Assembly (NCBI GenBank): GCA_013151035.1
Contig: JAADJB010000019.1
Coordinates: 40,936 to 104,935 of the forward strand
Length of the DNA: 64,000 nt
From: Gammaproteobacteria bacterium
Lineage (GTDB): Bacteria; Pseudomonadota; Gammaproteobacteria; JAADJB01
Reading direction: 5' to 3'
The notes under the pieces are model-generated. The model worked only from the letters and a program-made list of their open reading frames with translations. It did no database searches and had not been told where the DNA came from. The position numbers were made by a program, and so were the translations under genes. Below are positions 37,024 to 47,841 of this stretch, in pieces (within the stretch, counting starts at the first letter, position 1; each line of letters starts with the position of its first letter).

Positions 37024-38122
37024 ATGCTTGAAGTTAACCCGATATTCAATCAGATCAAAGACCTGGAACAGCGTTCAGATGCGCTTAGGGGGTATCTTTG
37101 ACTATGATCTCAAGAGTGAACGTCTCACCGAGGTTGAGCGTGAACTAGAGGACCCGGCAGTCTGGAATAAGCCTGAACTCGCTCAGGCACTGGGGCGGGA
37201 ACGTTCCCGTTTAGAAGAGATCGTGTCTCTATTGAGTGGTATCGGTCAGACGCTACAGGATGCGGGTGAATTGCTGACCATGGCGCGTGATGAGGATGAT
37301 GTGGATACAGCGGCTGAGGTTGAGGCGGATATTGTTGACCTTGAACAACAGATTGCGGCAATGGAATTTCGTCGTATGTTTTCCGGTGAGATGGATGCCA
37401 ACAATGCCTTCCTCGATATCCAGTCAGGTTCCGGGGGTACTGAGGCGCAGGACTGGGCGGAAATATTGTTACGCATGTTTCTGCGTTGGGGTGAGCGCCA
37501 TGAGTTTAAAGTAGAACTGATGGAGGTCTCAGCGGGTGAGGTTGCGGGTATTAAGAGTGCGACAATCAAGTTTGATGGTGATTATGCCTTTGGCTGGTTG
37601 CGCACCGAGATTGGTGTCCATCGTCTGGTGCGAAAATCCCCGTTTGATTCCGGCAATCGCCGTCACACCTCTTTTGCTGCCGTCTTTGTCTCACCCGAGG
37701 TGGATGATGATATTGATATTGACATCAACCCGGCAGATCTGAGGATCGATGTCTATCGTGCCAGTGGTGCCGGTGGTCAGCATGTCAACCGGACTGAATC
37801 CGCTGTGCGTATCACCCACCAACCTTCGGGTATCGTGGTACAGTGTCAAAATGATCGCTCCCAGCATAAGAACAAGGCAACGGCGATGAAGCAGCTCAAG
37901 GCTAAACTCTATGAGTTGGAGATGCAGAATCGCAATGCTGATCAACAAGCGTTGGAAGAAACGAAATCAGATATCGGCTGGGGCAGTCAGATCCGTTCCT
38001 ATGTGCTGGATCAGTCGCGTATCAAAGATCTGCGTACCGGAGTTGAGACTGGAAATACCCAGGCTGTTTTAGATGGTGATCTGGATCAGTTTATCGAGGC
38101 CAGCCTGAAGGCGGGTTTATAA
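37024..38122 (+). CDS. prfB: Peptide chain release factor 2, requires programmed +1 frameshift (37024..37098 joined to 37100..38122)
   Basis: Frame 0 reads [25 protein letters not shown] then TGA at codon 26. The +1 frame continues [12 protein letters not shown]... through SPF and GGQ (GAGGQHVN) motifs. The track ORF start at 36974 is an artefact of the +1 frame being open upstream. Confidence 0.95.
37087..37102 (+). promoter_or_regulatory. prfB autoregulatory +1 frameshift site
   Basis: AGGGGG TAT CTT TGA C: internal SD-like element, slippery CTT, in-frame UGA followed by C. Same arrangement as the E. coli prfB site. Confidence 0.9.
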
Positions 38123-38150
38123 TTTTTAATCTAACTAGATGTGAATAGCC

Positions 38151-39659
38151 ATGAGTAAAAAAAATCAACAAGCCCCTGTGCAGGATGAACACCGTTTAAT
38201 TGCTGAACGTCGCGCCAAACTGGCAAAGGTACGTGAACAAGGCATTGCCTTTCCTAATGACTTCCGCCGCAATGTGATGGCAGGTGAGTTACATGCTGAA
38301 TATGACGATAAGGAAAATGACTTCTTTGAGGATCAGGAGGTTCGCGTCAAGGTCGCTGGACGCATGATGGCAAAGCGCGTGATGGGTAAGGCTAGTTTCA
38401 TCCGTATTCAGGATATGTCCGGGGCTATTCAGTTTTTTCTACAGCGTGACACCCTGCCAGAAGGGGTTTATCTTAATTTCAAGACCTGGGATGTCGGGGA
38501 TATTGTCGGCGGGGAAGGCAAGTTATTTGTCACCAAGACAGGTGAGTTAAGCGTTAAGGTGGATCAGTTATTTTTACTGACAAAATCACTGCGTCCACTA
38601 CCTGAGAAATTTCATGGCTTGAGCGATCAGGAGACGCGTTATCGTCAGCGTTACCTTGATCTGATTATGAACGAGAGCTCCAGGGATGTGTTTCGTATGC
38701 GCACCCGGATTGTTCAGTACATTCGCAATTACCTGAATGAAAAAGACTTCATGGAAGTGGAAACCCCCATGATGCAGGCGATACCGGGTGGTGCCACGGC
38801 ACGACCTTTCACCACCTTTCATAATGCCCTGGATATGGAGTTATTCTTGCGTATCGCGCCGGAGCTTTATTTGAAACGTCTGGTGGTTGGTGGTTTTGAA
38901 CGCGTCTACGAGATTAATCGTAACTTCCGTAATGAAGGTCTATCCACACGTCATAATCCAGAGTTCACCATGCTTGAGTTTTATGAGGCCTATGCCACTT
39001 ATCATGATCTGATGGATCACACGGAAAATTTGTTGCGCGGACTCGCCAATGACTTGCTGGGTTCAACCACCATTGAATATCAGGGTGATCACTATGACTT
39101 TGGAAAACCCTTTACGCGTATGACTATCAAGGGTTCTATTCTGCACTTTAACCCGGATATTACAGCAGATCAGATTTCGAATATTGACTCTGCACGCAAG
39201 ATTGCCGAGGGTCTGGGTATTCCATTAAAAGACAGTTATGGGCTGGGCAAAGTGCAGATTGAGATCTTTGAAAAGACCGTCGAGCATCGTCTGATGGATC
39301 CTACTTTTATTACCGCCTATCCAACCGAAGTGTCCCCCCTGGCCCGACGCAATAATGACGATCCCTTTGTTACAGACCGTTTTGAGTTCTTTGTTGGTGG
39401 TCGTGAGATTGCCAATGGTTTCTCCGAGTTAAATGATGCCGAGGATCAGGCAGAACGCTTCCAGCAACAAGTGGCCGAAAAAGAGGGCGGTGATATTGAG
39501 GCGATGCATTTTGATGCGGATTATATCTGTGCCCTGGAACATGGTATGCCACCGACAGCGGGTGAGGGTATTGGTATTGATCGGTTGGTCATGTTGTTTA
39601 CCAATGCACCTTCGATTCGCGATGTATTATTGTTTCCACATATGCGCCGCGTAGAATAG
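38151..39659 (+). CDS. lysS: Lysine--tRNA ligase (class II)
   Basis: 502 aa. OB-fold N-domain. Class II motifs ([26 protein letters not shown]). Classic prfB-lysS arrangement. Confidence 0.95.
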   Translation: MSKKNQQAPVQDEHRLIAERRAKLAKVREQGIAFPNDFRRNVMAGELHAEYDDKENDFFEDQEVRVKVAGRMMAKRVMGKASFIRIQDMSGAIQFFLQRDTLPEGVYLNFKTWDVGDIVGGEGKLFVTKTGELSVKVDQLFLLTKSLRPLPEKFHGLSDQETRYRQRYLDLIMNESSRDVFRMRTRIVQYIRNYLNEKDFMEVETPMMQAIPGGATARPFTTFHNALDMELFLRIAPELYLKRLVVGGFERVYEINRNFRNEGLSTRHNPEFTMLEFYEAYATYHDLMDHTENLLRGLANDLLGSTTIEYQGDHYDFGKPFTRMTIKGSILHFNPDITADQISNIDSARKIAEGLGIPLKDSYGLGKVQIEIFEKTVEHRLMDPTFITAYPTEVSPLARRNNDDPFVTDRFEFFVGGREIANGFSELNDAEDQAERFQQQVAEKEGGDIEAMHFDADYICALEHGMPPTAGEGIGIDRLVMLFTNAPSIRDVLLFPHMRRVE

Positions 39660-39674
39660 TGCTATTATCAGGTA

Positions 39675-41591
39675 ATGAATCTGATTTCTCGTAAAAAGGG
39701 TTTGTTGGTAGGGTTGTTGACCTTATGTCTGGCTCTGCTTGTTTTTCTTTATGGTTTTCTGGTTACCAGTCAGATAAAACAAATTCATCAGAAATGGAGT
39801 AACTACGATTCTGATGTGGTACTCACCTATTACACCTTATCCAGGATTGAACGCAGTTTTGGTTATGGCGGGTTTATTCATAATTTCAAAAATATGGTGT
39901 TACGCCTGGATGCCTCGCGTATACCGTCCATCGACCAGAATCTGGCAGAGACCTATGCCGCTATTACTGAATACGAACAGCTTGAATCAAGCAAGCATGA
40001 TGTGCCAGCCCTGATACATATTCGTGCGGTAGTCGATGAATACAGTGCTAAATATGCCATTGCCAAGGAGATGCTTGCAGCAGGATATAGTGCAACAGAG
40101 ATTGATAGCAAGGTGAAGGTAAATGACAAACCGGCATTGGCGGCTATTGCCAACTTAAGTCGACATGCCCTGAATCACGCAAAAACCTATCAACAAGGTA
40201 TCGGGCATGATCTATCCTATACCCTGTATTTTTTGCAATGGGGTATTGCTTTGATCCCGCTGATTCTGTTAACAGGAGGACTGGTGTTATGGTTTCTCAG
40301 ACAGTTGATTATTCGCACACAAGAAACTCAAAAAGCCAAGTTGTTTTTAAGCGATGTATTGGAGGCAACCCCGGATGCATTGCTTATTATTGACGAGGAT
40401 GGCTTTATTCGACGTACCAATATCCAGGCTGAACGACTGTTGGGCTATCAACGTGATGAACTGTTATCCATGACCGTTGAGGATCTGATGCCGGGGCGGT
40501 ATCGTGGTCATCATGTGGCACAAAGACAGCAAACATTTTCTCTGCGCACCAAAAAATCATTCAGACCTCATACCCACTTTATAATCAAGACCAAAGAAGG
40601 TCAGGAAATACCGATTGATATCAGTATTGGTTACACCCGGCAGGATTCCGAAGTATTGGCGATCACTTCTATTCGTGACATCCGTGAGCGTAAAAAGGCA
40701 GAAGAACGTCTGCGTTTATCCCAGCGTATCTTTGAAGATACCGTTGAGGCTATCCTTATTACTGATACCAACAAGTGTATCGTTGATATGAATGATGCAT
40801 TTTGTCGAGTGACCGGTTACAGCCGAGGTGAATTATTAGGTAATACGCCCAGTATATTTCGTTCTGGCAGACATAATGATGTGTTTTATCATGCCATAGA
40901 GGAATCCTTGGACAAGACCGATCATTGGCAGGGAGAAGTTTGGGATAAACATAAGGACGGGCATATCTTCCCACTGAGGAATTCAATTAGTGTCGTCAGG
41001 GATGATTATGGTCATATTAGCCATTATGTCGCGGTGATGTCTGATATCAGCACAAGAAAAGAACATGAAGCAAAACTCAAGGATATGGCTCTGCATGATC
41101 CATTAACAGGTCTGGCGAATCGTATTCTGTTTTACACCAAACTGAACAGAGAGATGGCGCGTGCTCAACGAGAAGGCCATCGTCTTGCCGTTGTCTACAT
41201 TGATCTCGATGGTTTTAAAAAAATAAATGATACCTTGGGACATGATGCGGGTGATCAATTACTCAAGAAAGTAGCCAGGGAAATTTTATCGAATATTCGT
41301 GAGTATGATACTGCAGCACGTCTTGGTGGTGATGAGTTTGCACTTATTATCCCTAACGCAGATAGTATCATGTCAGAGTTGACCGCACGTATTATTGAAG
41401 GGCTATCCATTACGGTGGAAGAGGCGGGTAAGTGTTTATCCATTAGTGCCAGTGCAGGCATTGCGATTTATCCTGATGATGCCTCTACCCGTGATGAGCT
41501 GCTATATAACGCCGATACCGCTATGTATTATGCCAAGCAACATGGTCGCAATAATTACAAGATATTTAACAAGACGATGTTGACTAAATAG
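39675..41591 (+). CDS. Membrane sensor diguanylate cyclase (periplasmic domain, 2 x PAS, GGDEF)
   Basis: 638 aa. Two TM segments flank an N-terminal sensor region, followed by two PAS modules. GGDEF active site RLGGDEFAL. Confidence 0.9.
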   Translation: MNLISRKKGLLVGLLTLCLALLVFLYGFLVTSQIKQIHQKWSNYDSDVVLTYYTLSRIERSFGYGGFIHNFKNMVLRLDASRIPSIDQNLAETYAAITEYEQLESSKHDVPALIHIRAVVDEYSAKYAIAKEMLAAGYSATEIDSKVKVNDKPALAAIANLSRHALNHAKTYQQGIGHDLSYTLYFLQWGIALIPLILLTGGLVLWFLRQLIIRTQETQKAKLFLSDVLEATPDALLIIDEDGFIRRTNIQAERLLGYQRDELLSMTVEDLMPGRYRGHHVAQRQQTFSLRTKKSFRPHTHFIIKTKEGQEIPIDISIGYTRQDSEVLAITSIRDIRERKKAEERLRLSQRIFEDTVEAILITDTNKCIVDMNDAFCRVTGYSRGELLGNTPSIFRSGRHNDVFYHAIEESLDKTDHWQGEVWDKHKDGHIFPLRNSISVVRDDYGHISHYVAVMSDISTRKEHEAKLKDMALHDPLTGLANRILFYTKLNREMARAQREGHRLAVVYIDLDGFKKINDTLGHDAGDQLLKKVAREILSNIREYDTAARLGGDEFALIIPNADSIMSELTARIIEGLSITVEEAGKCLSISASAGIAIYPDDASTRDELLYNADTAMYYAKQHGRNNYKIFNKTMLTK

Positions 41592-41635
41592 ATCCCCGCC
41601 TGCGCGGGGATGACAGGGGAACTGCGCGGGATGAC
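41591..41635. repeat. Family-A REP (inverted orientation) plus partial second copy
   Basis: GATCCCCGCCTGCGCGGGGATGAC (41591-41614) and CTGCGCGGGATGAC (41622-41635). Confidence 0.75.
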
Positions 41636-41664
41636 AGGGCTGGTGGGGTGACAGGGAAGCTGTG

Positions 41665-42717
41665 TTATTCCTCTGGAACCTCGTAGGGTAAATCCATCAG
41701 TTTAAGTGCAGCACCACTCTTGCTACCTAGATAAATATCACCCTGTTTGACACTGGCGATTTCAATGACTGCCAGGCAGACATAGCCACCATCAGCATAG
41801 GGGCTGGCATTAATGATCTTGCCCGCGCCCTGAGCCGATGTCGAGTTGCTGGAGAACAAGGTGTCACCTGCCTGTGGGGCTGATTCACTATCTATTTGAG
41901 CCAGATAGGTACGGCGCTTGACCTTACCCAAATACTGCATACGCGCCACAATCTCCTGGCCGGTATAACACCCTTTTTTGAAACTAACCCCGTTAATTAA
42001 TTGCATATTGGCCATTTGTGGCACAAAGGCCTCTGCGGTAGCATCCAGAATAACCGGAATCCCGGCTAGAATATCCAGTGAGTCCCAATAATCTTGTCCA
42101 ATGGGTGCGGCTGCAACATTCAGGTTATCCCATAATGCCATTATTTTTTCAGATGGGCCAAAAACCTCAAAGCGAGGGACAATACCCATTACGCGAATAA
42201 TAGTGACATCAGCGGCTTGAACCACCTCATCAACAGCAACAGGTAAATCACAGCCGCAGGCCTTTTGTAACAAAGTCATAGCATCATTGCCGGAGACCCC
42301 GATGCCAATAAAAGACTCACTGGCATTCTCAAGACTAACCTCGGCGCGTAAAACAAACATGCGTAACCGGTTAATGACGCTATCGAGTCGTTGTTGAGGT
42401 ATCTTAAGATAATAGGTATCTGCACGACGAAACACACGAAAATTACCCAGCATCCGTCCCTTGGGCGTGCAGTAACTGCTCAGTTGGGTATGTGTATCAT
42501 CAATATCACGGATATCATTACTGAATTGACCTTGTAAAAAATCTTCTGCATCTTTACCGTGAACAGAAATAAGACCATAGTGGGAGAGGTCAGCGAAGAC
42601 TGTCCCCGTCGTTGTTATACACCGCTCACGATTGGCATTACCAAAACTGAATAGTCTGCCTGCATCATTAAACTCTGCACCATTTTGTTCGAGAAAGGTA
42701 CGCCAGCTTGCTTTCAT
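41665..42717 (-). CDS. ygfZ: Folate-binding Fe-S cluster repair / tRNA-modification protein YgfZ
   Basis: Signature KGCYTGQEIVARMQYLGKVKRR. Start set at ATG 42717 (MKASWRTFLEQNG). The first 38 codons of the track ORF look non-coding. Confidence 0.85.
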   Translation of the reverse strand: MKASWRTFLEQNGAEFNDAGRLFSFGNANRERCITTTGTVFADLSHYGLISVHGKDAEDFLQGQFSNDIRDIDDTHTQLSSYCTPKGRMLGNFRVFRRADTYYLKIPQQRLDSVINRLRMFVLRAEVSLENASESFIGIGVSGNDAMTLLQKACGCDLPVAVDEVVQAADVTIIRVMGIVPRFEVFGPSEKIMALWDNLNVAAAPIGQDYWDSLDILAGIPVILDATAEAFVPQMANMQLINGVSFKKGCYTGQEIVARMQYLGKVKRRTYLAQIDSESAPQAGDTLFSSNSTSAQGAGKIINASPYADGGYVCLAVIEIASVKQGDIYLGSKSGAALKLMDLPYEVPEE

Positions 42718-42892
42718 CTTGTTTGTTCTCTTGCCTGCATGTTTACTAAAACACGTACCATAGCATAATCTTGCTGTTGTTTTATGAGTCCCATTATTAA
42801 TTGAGGGGGATCTTCCTGAAAAACAAGACAATATAAAGGGTTTATGTTATAAATAATTTGTATTATTGCTACCTAAGCTAAAGGAGATAGTC

Positions 42893-43756
42893 TTGACCAG
42901 CCTAGCGTTATCATCTGTCTTGAAAACAGGAATTGAGCATATCGATGAACAACATCTGTCATTGGTGAAAATGATCCAAAGTTTTGATGAAGCCATTAGT
43001 GAAAATAAAAACGATGCCTTTCTCGAACAATTACTGAATGAATTGATTGATTACATTAATTATCACTTTAAGGCTGAAGAAGAATTGTTAGCCCAGCACA
43101 ATTACCCGGATCTTGAAAAACATAAAAAAACGCACCAGGATCTGGTCGAAAAAGTCATTCATTTTCATGCCAAGTATAAAAAAGGCATTCCGGGGCTTGA
43201 AGTCGAGATTATGTTTTTTCTGATGGACTGGATTATTAATCATATCAACAGATCGGATATGAACTACGCTGCTTATATAACCGGGCATACCAATGATGGG
43301 TCAGATACATTAGGTGGGGTGATATCGATTAAAAAATCAGCGCTTTATAATGAACAAATACCTGTTAGTGTTGAAAAGATTGGCTTACCTGATGATTGTT
43401 ATACCGGTATTGATGTCATTGATACACAGTCGCTTGGTTTTTTTGATTTAATCAATGATCTGGATGAAGCCATTAGACTAAAAGATTCCACTTCCAAACA
43501 GGTATTGGCAAGCCTGGTTGATCATGCGAAGGCACAATTTAGTATGGAAGAGGCTCTGTTACAGGAAAGCGATTACCCTGATCTGGAGGTGCATCAAACT
43601 ATGCACAAAAAATTCATTAAAAAAATAAGTATGTTTCAAAGGATGTGTAATGACGGTGTTGGCTGTGCTGAGACAGAGATTATTTCTTTTCTTAAAAGCT
43701 GGTTAATTGACCATATAAGGGATGCTGATATGGGATATGTTGCTTATATTAAATGA
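42893..43756 (+). CDS. Tandem-domain bacteriohemerythrin-like protein
   Basis: Two hemerythrin modules (IDEQHLSLV...HF..EE.L....YPDLEKHKKTHQDLV...INHI and a second with YPDLEVHQTMHKKFI...IDHI). Likely TTG start at 42893, 8 nt after AAGGAG. Confidence 0.7.
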   Translation: MTSLALSSVLKTGIEHIDEQHLSLVKMIQSFDEAISENKNDAFLEQLLNELIDYINYHFKAEEELLAQHNYPDLEKHKKTHQDLVEKVIHFHAKYKKGIPGLEVEIMFFLMDWIINHINRSDMNYAAYITGHTNDGSDTLGGVISIKKSALYNEQIPVSVEKIGLPDDCYTGIDVIDTQSLGFFDLINDLDEAIRLKDSTSKQVLASLVDHAKAQFSMEEALLQESDYPDLEVHQTMHKKFIKKISMFQRMCNDGVGCAETEIISFLKSWLIDHIRDADMGYVAYIK

Positions 43757-43766
43757 TAGAGAAGCG

Positions 43767-43800
43767 CAATCCTTGTCTCTTGAGTTAACGAGACAGCAAT
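43767..43800. repeat. Solo copy of the MITE tail module
   Basis: CAATCCTTGTCTCTTGAGTTAACGAGACAGCAAT. Matches the tails at 23945-23980 and 53741-53775. Contains hairpin TGTCTC-N10-GAGACA. Confidence 0.65.
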
Positions 43801-43856
43801 GGTATAAAGTATAAGGCATCCTTAACAGGGTGATAACACAGGAGAGTCAGGCCTAT

Positions 43857-44237
43857 ATGCATAACGTAGATAATCGACCAAGATTCCTGAATCTATTTGC
43901 GATTCATTTTCCCTTACCTGCTATTACCTCAATTTTGCACCGACTCTCCGGTCTGTTCATGTTTGCATTAATTATCCCCGCCCTATATGTTTTTGATCTA
44001 TCGCTACAAGGTGAACAGGGATTTTTAATTGTTCAAAAGCTTATGCATCATGGTTTCGTTGTCTTCCTGTCGGTTGCTCTGGTCTGGGCTCTGACACAGC
44101 ATTTACTGGCGGGTATTCGTTTCCTGTTGCTGGATATTCATATTGGTGATGAGCGTAAAAAAGCGGCTCATTCAGCTCGCTGGGTCAATCTAGTCGCGTT
44201 ATTAGTCGCTGTTTATTATCTCGGGTATCGTCTGTGA
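43857..44237 (+). CDS. sdhC: Succinate dehydrogenase cytochrome b556 subunit
   Basis: MHNVDNRPRFLNLFAIHFPLPAITSILHRLSG aligns with the E. coli SdhC N-terminus. GGAGAG lies 10 nt upstream of ATG 43857. Confidence 0.9.
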   Translation: MHNVDNRPRFLNLFAIHFPLPAITSILHRLSGLFMFALIIPALYVFDLSLQGEQGFLIVQKLMHHGFVVFLSVALVWALTQHLLAGIRFLLLDIHIGDERKKAAHSARWVNLVALLVAVYYLGYRL

Positions 44238-44569
44238 GTATGTTGCTACAGGGCTTGCGTGCATGGATGCTACAACGTGTCACAGCCATCTATTTACTTC
44301 TATATATTAGTATTGCCATAATTAGTATGATGTTTTACCCGATTGAAAGCGGGTCTCAATGGCGTGAACTATTTGCGATACACTGGTTTAATATTGCAAC
44401 CCAGGGTTTTATCCTTGCCTTGATCCTGCACGCATGGGTGGGCGTAAGAGATGCCGTAATTGATTATATTAACCATTTTCCTAGCCGTTTATTGATACTC
44501 AGCGTGATTGCAATAACGCTTATTTTAAGTGGTTTGTGGTCAATTATGATACTTATCAGGGTAATGTAG
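44234..44569 (+). CDS. sdhD: Succinate dehydrogenase hydrophobic membrane anchor subunit
   Basis: 111 aa, three TM helices, between sdhC and sdhA. The start may instead be ATG 44240. Confidence 0.85.
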   Translation: MSMLLQGLRAWMLQRVTAIYLLLYISIAIISMMFYPIESGSQWRELFAIHWFNIATQGFILALILHAWVGVRDAVIDYINHFPSRLLILSVIAITLILSGLWSIMILIRVM

Positions 44570-44592
44570 AAAAACACTTATATGGAACCTGT

Positions 44593-46356
44593 ATGTCGAT
44601 AGAACGTAGAAAATTTGATACCCTGATTATTGGTGCTGGTGGGGCTGGTCTCAGGGCTGCCTTGCAACTGGCTGAGGCAGACGCTCATGTTGCAGTGGTA
44701 TCCAAGGTCTTTCCCACCCGCTCACATACCGTTGCCGCGCAGGGTGGTGTGAATGCAGCGCTGGCAAATGTTGATGATGATAACTGGCACTGGCACATGT
44801 TTGATACTGTGAAGGGTAGTGATTATCTGGGTGATCAGGATGCCATTGAATATATGTGCCGAGCAGCACCGCATGTGGTGTATGAGCTTGAACACATGGG
44901 CGTACCTTTCTCCCGATTAGATAATGGCAAGATATATCAACGTCCCTTTGGTGGTCAGAGCAAGGATTTTGGTGGTGATCAGGCTACACGAACTTGTGCG
45001 GCAGCCGATCGTACCGGACATGCCATTCTACAGAGCCTGTATCAACAAAACATTCGTCTCAAGACCCATTTCTTTGATGAATATTTTTCAGTGGATTTGA
45101 TTCGGGATGTATCGGGTTTTATCCTTGGTGCCCTGGTACTCAACATTGCTACTGGCGAACCACTGATTATTGAGGCAAAGACAACACTGATAGCAACGGG
45201 GGGTGCCGGCCAGCTATTTCGTACCAATACCAACGCCCTGATTAATACCGGCGATGGTATGGCAATGGCGTTGCGTGCCGATATTCCATTGCAGGATATG
45301 GAATTCTTTCAATTTCATCCCACCGGTATTGCCGGTAAAGGTATGTTGATTAGTGAGGCTGCGCGTGGTGAAGGGGGCTACCTGGAAAATAGTGAAGGTG
45401 AACGTTTCATGGAGCGTTATGCACCTAAGGCAAAAGACCTTGCCTGTCGTGATGTTGTTAGTCGTGCCGTAGCCACCGAGATCCGTGAGGGCAGGGGTTG
45501 TGGCCCGGACAAGAATTATATCCTGTTGCGCATAGAACATCTTGGTCGTGAAATTCTCACCGAACGCCTGCCGGGCATCTACGACATGATCAAGACCTTT
45601 CTCGGTATCGATGCCGCCACAGAACCGGTGCCAATCTATCCAACCGCCCACTACACCATGGGAGGCATTCCCAGTAATCGTTTTGGTCAGGTTGTTGTTC
45701 CAGTGCAGCAAGGAGCGGAAGAACCTATCCCTGGTCTTTATGCGGCCGGGGAATGCGCCTGTGTCTCGGTGCATGGCGGTAATCGTCTAGGTGGTAACTC
45801 ATTACTGGATATCCTGGTTTTTGGGCGCGCCTCGGCAAATCACATTATCGAGTACCTGGCAGAACATCGTTATCACCGGGAGATGTCGGATTCTGATGTT
45901 GAATATGCAATGACACGTCTACGACGTTGGGATCGAAAGGGTGAGGGTGAATCAGTTGATCAATTACGCCAGGAATTGACACAGGTGATGGAAGAACACT
46001 GCGGGGTATTTAGAACCGAGGAGGTATTGAAACAGGGGCTGGATAAGGTTATTGCACTGGAACAGCGGCTACAAAATGCACGACTTAAAGATCACAGTAA
46101 GATCTTCAATACCGCACGGATCGAGGCAATGGAACTGGAAAACCTGATGGATATTGCGCTCGCCACAGTGTCCTCAGCTCTGCGGCGTCAGGAAAGTCGT
46201 GGTGCGCATACGCGTATTGATTTCCCGGAGCGAGATGATGTGCATTGGTTAAAACATAGTCTGTACTATAAAAAAAATCGCACGTTGGATTACAAGCCTG
46301 TACGGACACGCCCAATGACGGTTGATGCCTTCCCACCCAAACCGAGAGTCTATTAG
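44593..46356 (+). CDS. sdhA: Succinate dehydrogenase flavoprotein subunit
   Basis: [16 protein letters not shown], covalent-FAD His context [24 protein letters not shown]. Start set at ATG 44593. Confidence 0.95.
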   Translation: MSIERRKFDTLIIGAGGAGLRAALQLAEADAHVAVVSKVFPTRSHTVAAQGGVNAALANVDDDNWHWHMFDTVKGSDYLGDQDAIEYMCRAAPHVVYELEHMGVPFSRLDNGKIYQRPFGGQSKDFGGDQATRTCAAADRTGHAILQSLYQQNIRLKTHFFDEYFSVDLIRDVSGFILGALVLNIATGEPLIIEAKTTLIATGGAGQLFRTNTNALINTGDGMAMALRADIPLQDMEFFQFHPTGIAGKGMLISEAARGEGGYLENSEGERFMERYAPKAKDLACRDVVSRAVATEIREGRGCGPDKNYILLRIEHLGREILTERLPGIYDMIKTFLGIDAATEPVPIYPTAHYTMGGIPSNRFGQVVVPVQQGAEEPIPGLYAAGECACVSVHGGNRLGGNSLLDILVFGRASANHIIEYLAEHRYHREMSDSDVEYAMTRLRRWDRKGEGESVDQLRQELTQVMEEHCGVFRTEEVLKQGLDKVIALEQRLQNARLKDHSKIFNTARIEAMELENLMDIALATVSSALRRQESRGAHTRIDFPERDDVHWLKHSLYYKKNRTLDYKPVRTRPMTVDAFPPKPRVY

Positions 46357-46365
46357 GAATCTGGT

Positions 46366-47067
46366 ATGAAATTCTCAATATACCGTTATAACCCTGAAAC
46401 CAATATAAAACCCTACATGCAGGACTGTGAACTGACAGAAGACAAAATCGAGTCAGGCATGAAGCTCCTTGATGCCTTGTTATTATTAAAGGCACAGGAT
46501 GAAACACTGAGCTTCAGGCGTTCCTGCGGTGAGGGTGTTTGTGGCTCCGATGGCATGAATATCAATGGTCGTAATGGTCTGGCTTGTGTTACTGCGTTAG
46601 ATGATCTGGAACAACCCGTTGTGATACGCCCAATGCCAGGGATGCCGGTGATTCGTGATTTGATTGTTGACCTGGAACCGTTCTATCGACAGTACCGATC
46701 TGTTAAACCCTATTTAATGAACAAAGATCCGATGCCCGAGGTCGAGCGTCTGCAAAGCCCGGATCAACGCGAACAACTGAACGGCTATTATGAGTGTATC
46801 CTGTGTGGTTGTTGCTCAACCGCTTGTCCATCCTTCTGGTGGAATACGGATACCTTCCTTGGCCCGGCGGCATTATTACAGAGCTGGCGTTTCCTGGCCG
46901 ATAACCGTGATCAGGCAACCGATGAACGTCTGGCTGACCTGGATGGGCCAAACCGCCTGTTTCGTTGTCACAGCATTATGAATTGTGTCGATGTCTGCCC
47001 CAAGAGCCTGAATCCAAAACGGGCGATTGGTTTGATCAAGGACAAGATGCTAAAACGCTCATTATGA
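46366..47067 (+). CDS. sdhB: Succinate dehydrogenase iron-sulfur subunit
   Basis: 233 aa. Cys clusters CGEGVCGSDG, CILCGCCSTACP and CHSIMNCVDVCP. Confidence 0.95.
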   Translation: MKFSIYRYNPETNIKPYMQDCELTEDKIESGMKLLDALLLLKAQDETLSFRRSCGEGVCGSDGMNINGRNGLACVTALDDLEQPVVIRPMPGMPVIRDLIVDLEPFYRQYRSVKPYLMNKDPMPEVERLQSPDQREQLNGYYECILCGCCSTACPSFWWNTDTFLGPAALLQSWRFLADNRDQATDERLADLDGPNRLFRCHSIMNCVDVCPKSLNPKRAIGLIKDKMLKRSL

Positions 47068-47354
47068 ATTGTGCGTCGAGTGATATTGCCCAGGGTGGTC
47101 GCCTATACTGGCAATGTCGACGCGGGATGCGTGAGCTTGATCTGTTTCTGCTCAAATTCCTGGAACTAGGTTACGCACAACTGAATAACGAATCACGTGA
47201 ACACTTTGAATTATTATTAAAGACACCCGACCCCTTATTGCTTGAATGGCTAATGGGTCGTCAGATACCCAGGGAAGGGGAACTAGCCGATGTCGTACAA
47301 AAGATGCGGGATGCCGTTAATCATCAAACTGCAACCATCGAAGATACTGAGTAG
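47064..47354 (+). CDS. sdhE: FAD assembly factor SdhE (YgfY/CptB)
   Basis: ATG 47064 overlaps the sdhB stop (ATGA). LYWQCRRGMRELDLFLLKF contains the conserved RGxxE motif. Confidence 0.85.
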   Translation: MNCASSDIAQGGRLYWQCRRGMRELDLFLLKFLELGYAQLNNESREHFELLLKTPDPLLLEWLMGRQIPREGELADVVQKMRDAVNHQTATIEDTE

Positions 47355-47739
47355 CTTACTGATAGTCGCTTACCTTACAACCATTACCGTCCTGTTGTTC
47401 TCCGATCTCCCTGCTAGTCTGTTCTATAGCAGTCTATTGCTGGTATTGTGGCAGGGCTATCGTCATTATCATGATTATCTGGCGCATGACACCTCGTTCG
47501 GGATTGATTATCTTAGCTGGCAGGGTGATGGTGAATGGCGCGTGTATTTCAAGACCCGGGTTAATAATGATTATGTTATAAAAACGATCTCATCCGTCTT
47601 TTACTGTCGCTGGTTTATCGGTTTTTTCTTACAGGGAGATAAAGAACGAGGTCTAGCTTTGTTGATCCCCGTTGATATGCTGGATGCTCATCACTTTCGA
47701 CAACTTTATGTGCATTTGAAGATTCAGTCATGCGGATAA
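47311..47739 (+). CDS. ygfX: YgfX (CptA)-like inner-membrane protein
   Basis: MPLIIKLQPSKILSSLLIVAYLTTITVLLFSDLP... gives two N-terminal TM helices. It sits immediately after sdhE, as in E. coli ygfY-ygfX. The start is uncertain (44-nt overlap with sdhE). Confidence 0.65.
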   Translation: MPLIIKLQPSKILSSLLIVAYLTTITVLLFSDLPASLFYSSLLLVLWQGYRHYHDYLAHDTSFGIDYLSWQGDGEWRVYFKTRVNNDYVIKTISSVFYCRWFIGFFLQGDKERGLALLIPVDMLDAHHFRQLYVHLKIQSCG

Positions 47740-47745
47740 TTGATT

Positions 47746-47762
47746 GGTGCGTAGTACGCACC
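47746..47762. repeat. Family-B REP core hairpin
   Basis: GGTGCGTAGTACGCACC. Confidence 0.6.
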
Positions 47763-47841
47763 ATTAAACAATGACCGGAAATGTCGAAATAATTCACACT
47801 CTTTGGTTCAGATCTGTTGGGTATGAGCGTACCATTAACTA

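Noticed and set aside
42718-42831. 38-codon N-terminal extension of ygfZ in the track, and likewise the 29-codon extension of pycA (3817..3903)
   Set aside because: The extensions are Cys/Ser/Thr-rich and not family-like. Internal starts reproduce the conserved N-termini (MKASWRTF..., MIKKLLIANRGE).
45214-45774. 186-aa antisense ORF inside sdhA. Similar long antisense ORFs occur inside hsdS (29412..29921), nagZ (51160..51564), the sdhA/sdhB junction region (46106..46507) and pycA (3151..3552)
   Set aside because: Each is fully embedded opposite a strongly supported, motif-rich gene. The peptide composition is low-complexity or atypical, and no RBS was seen.
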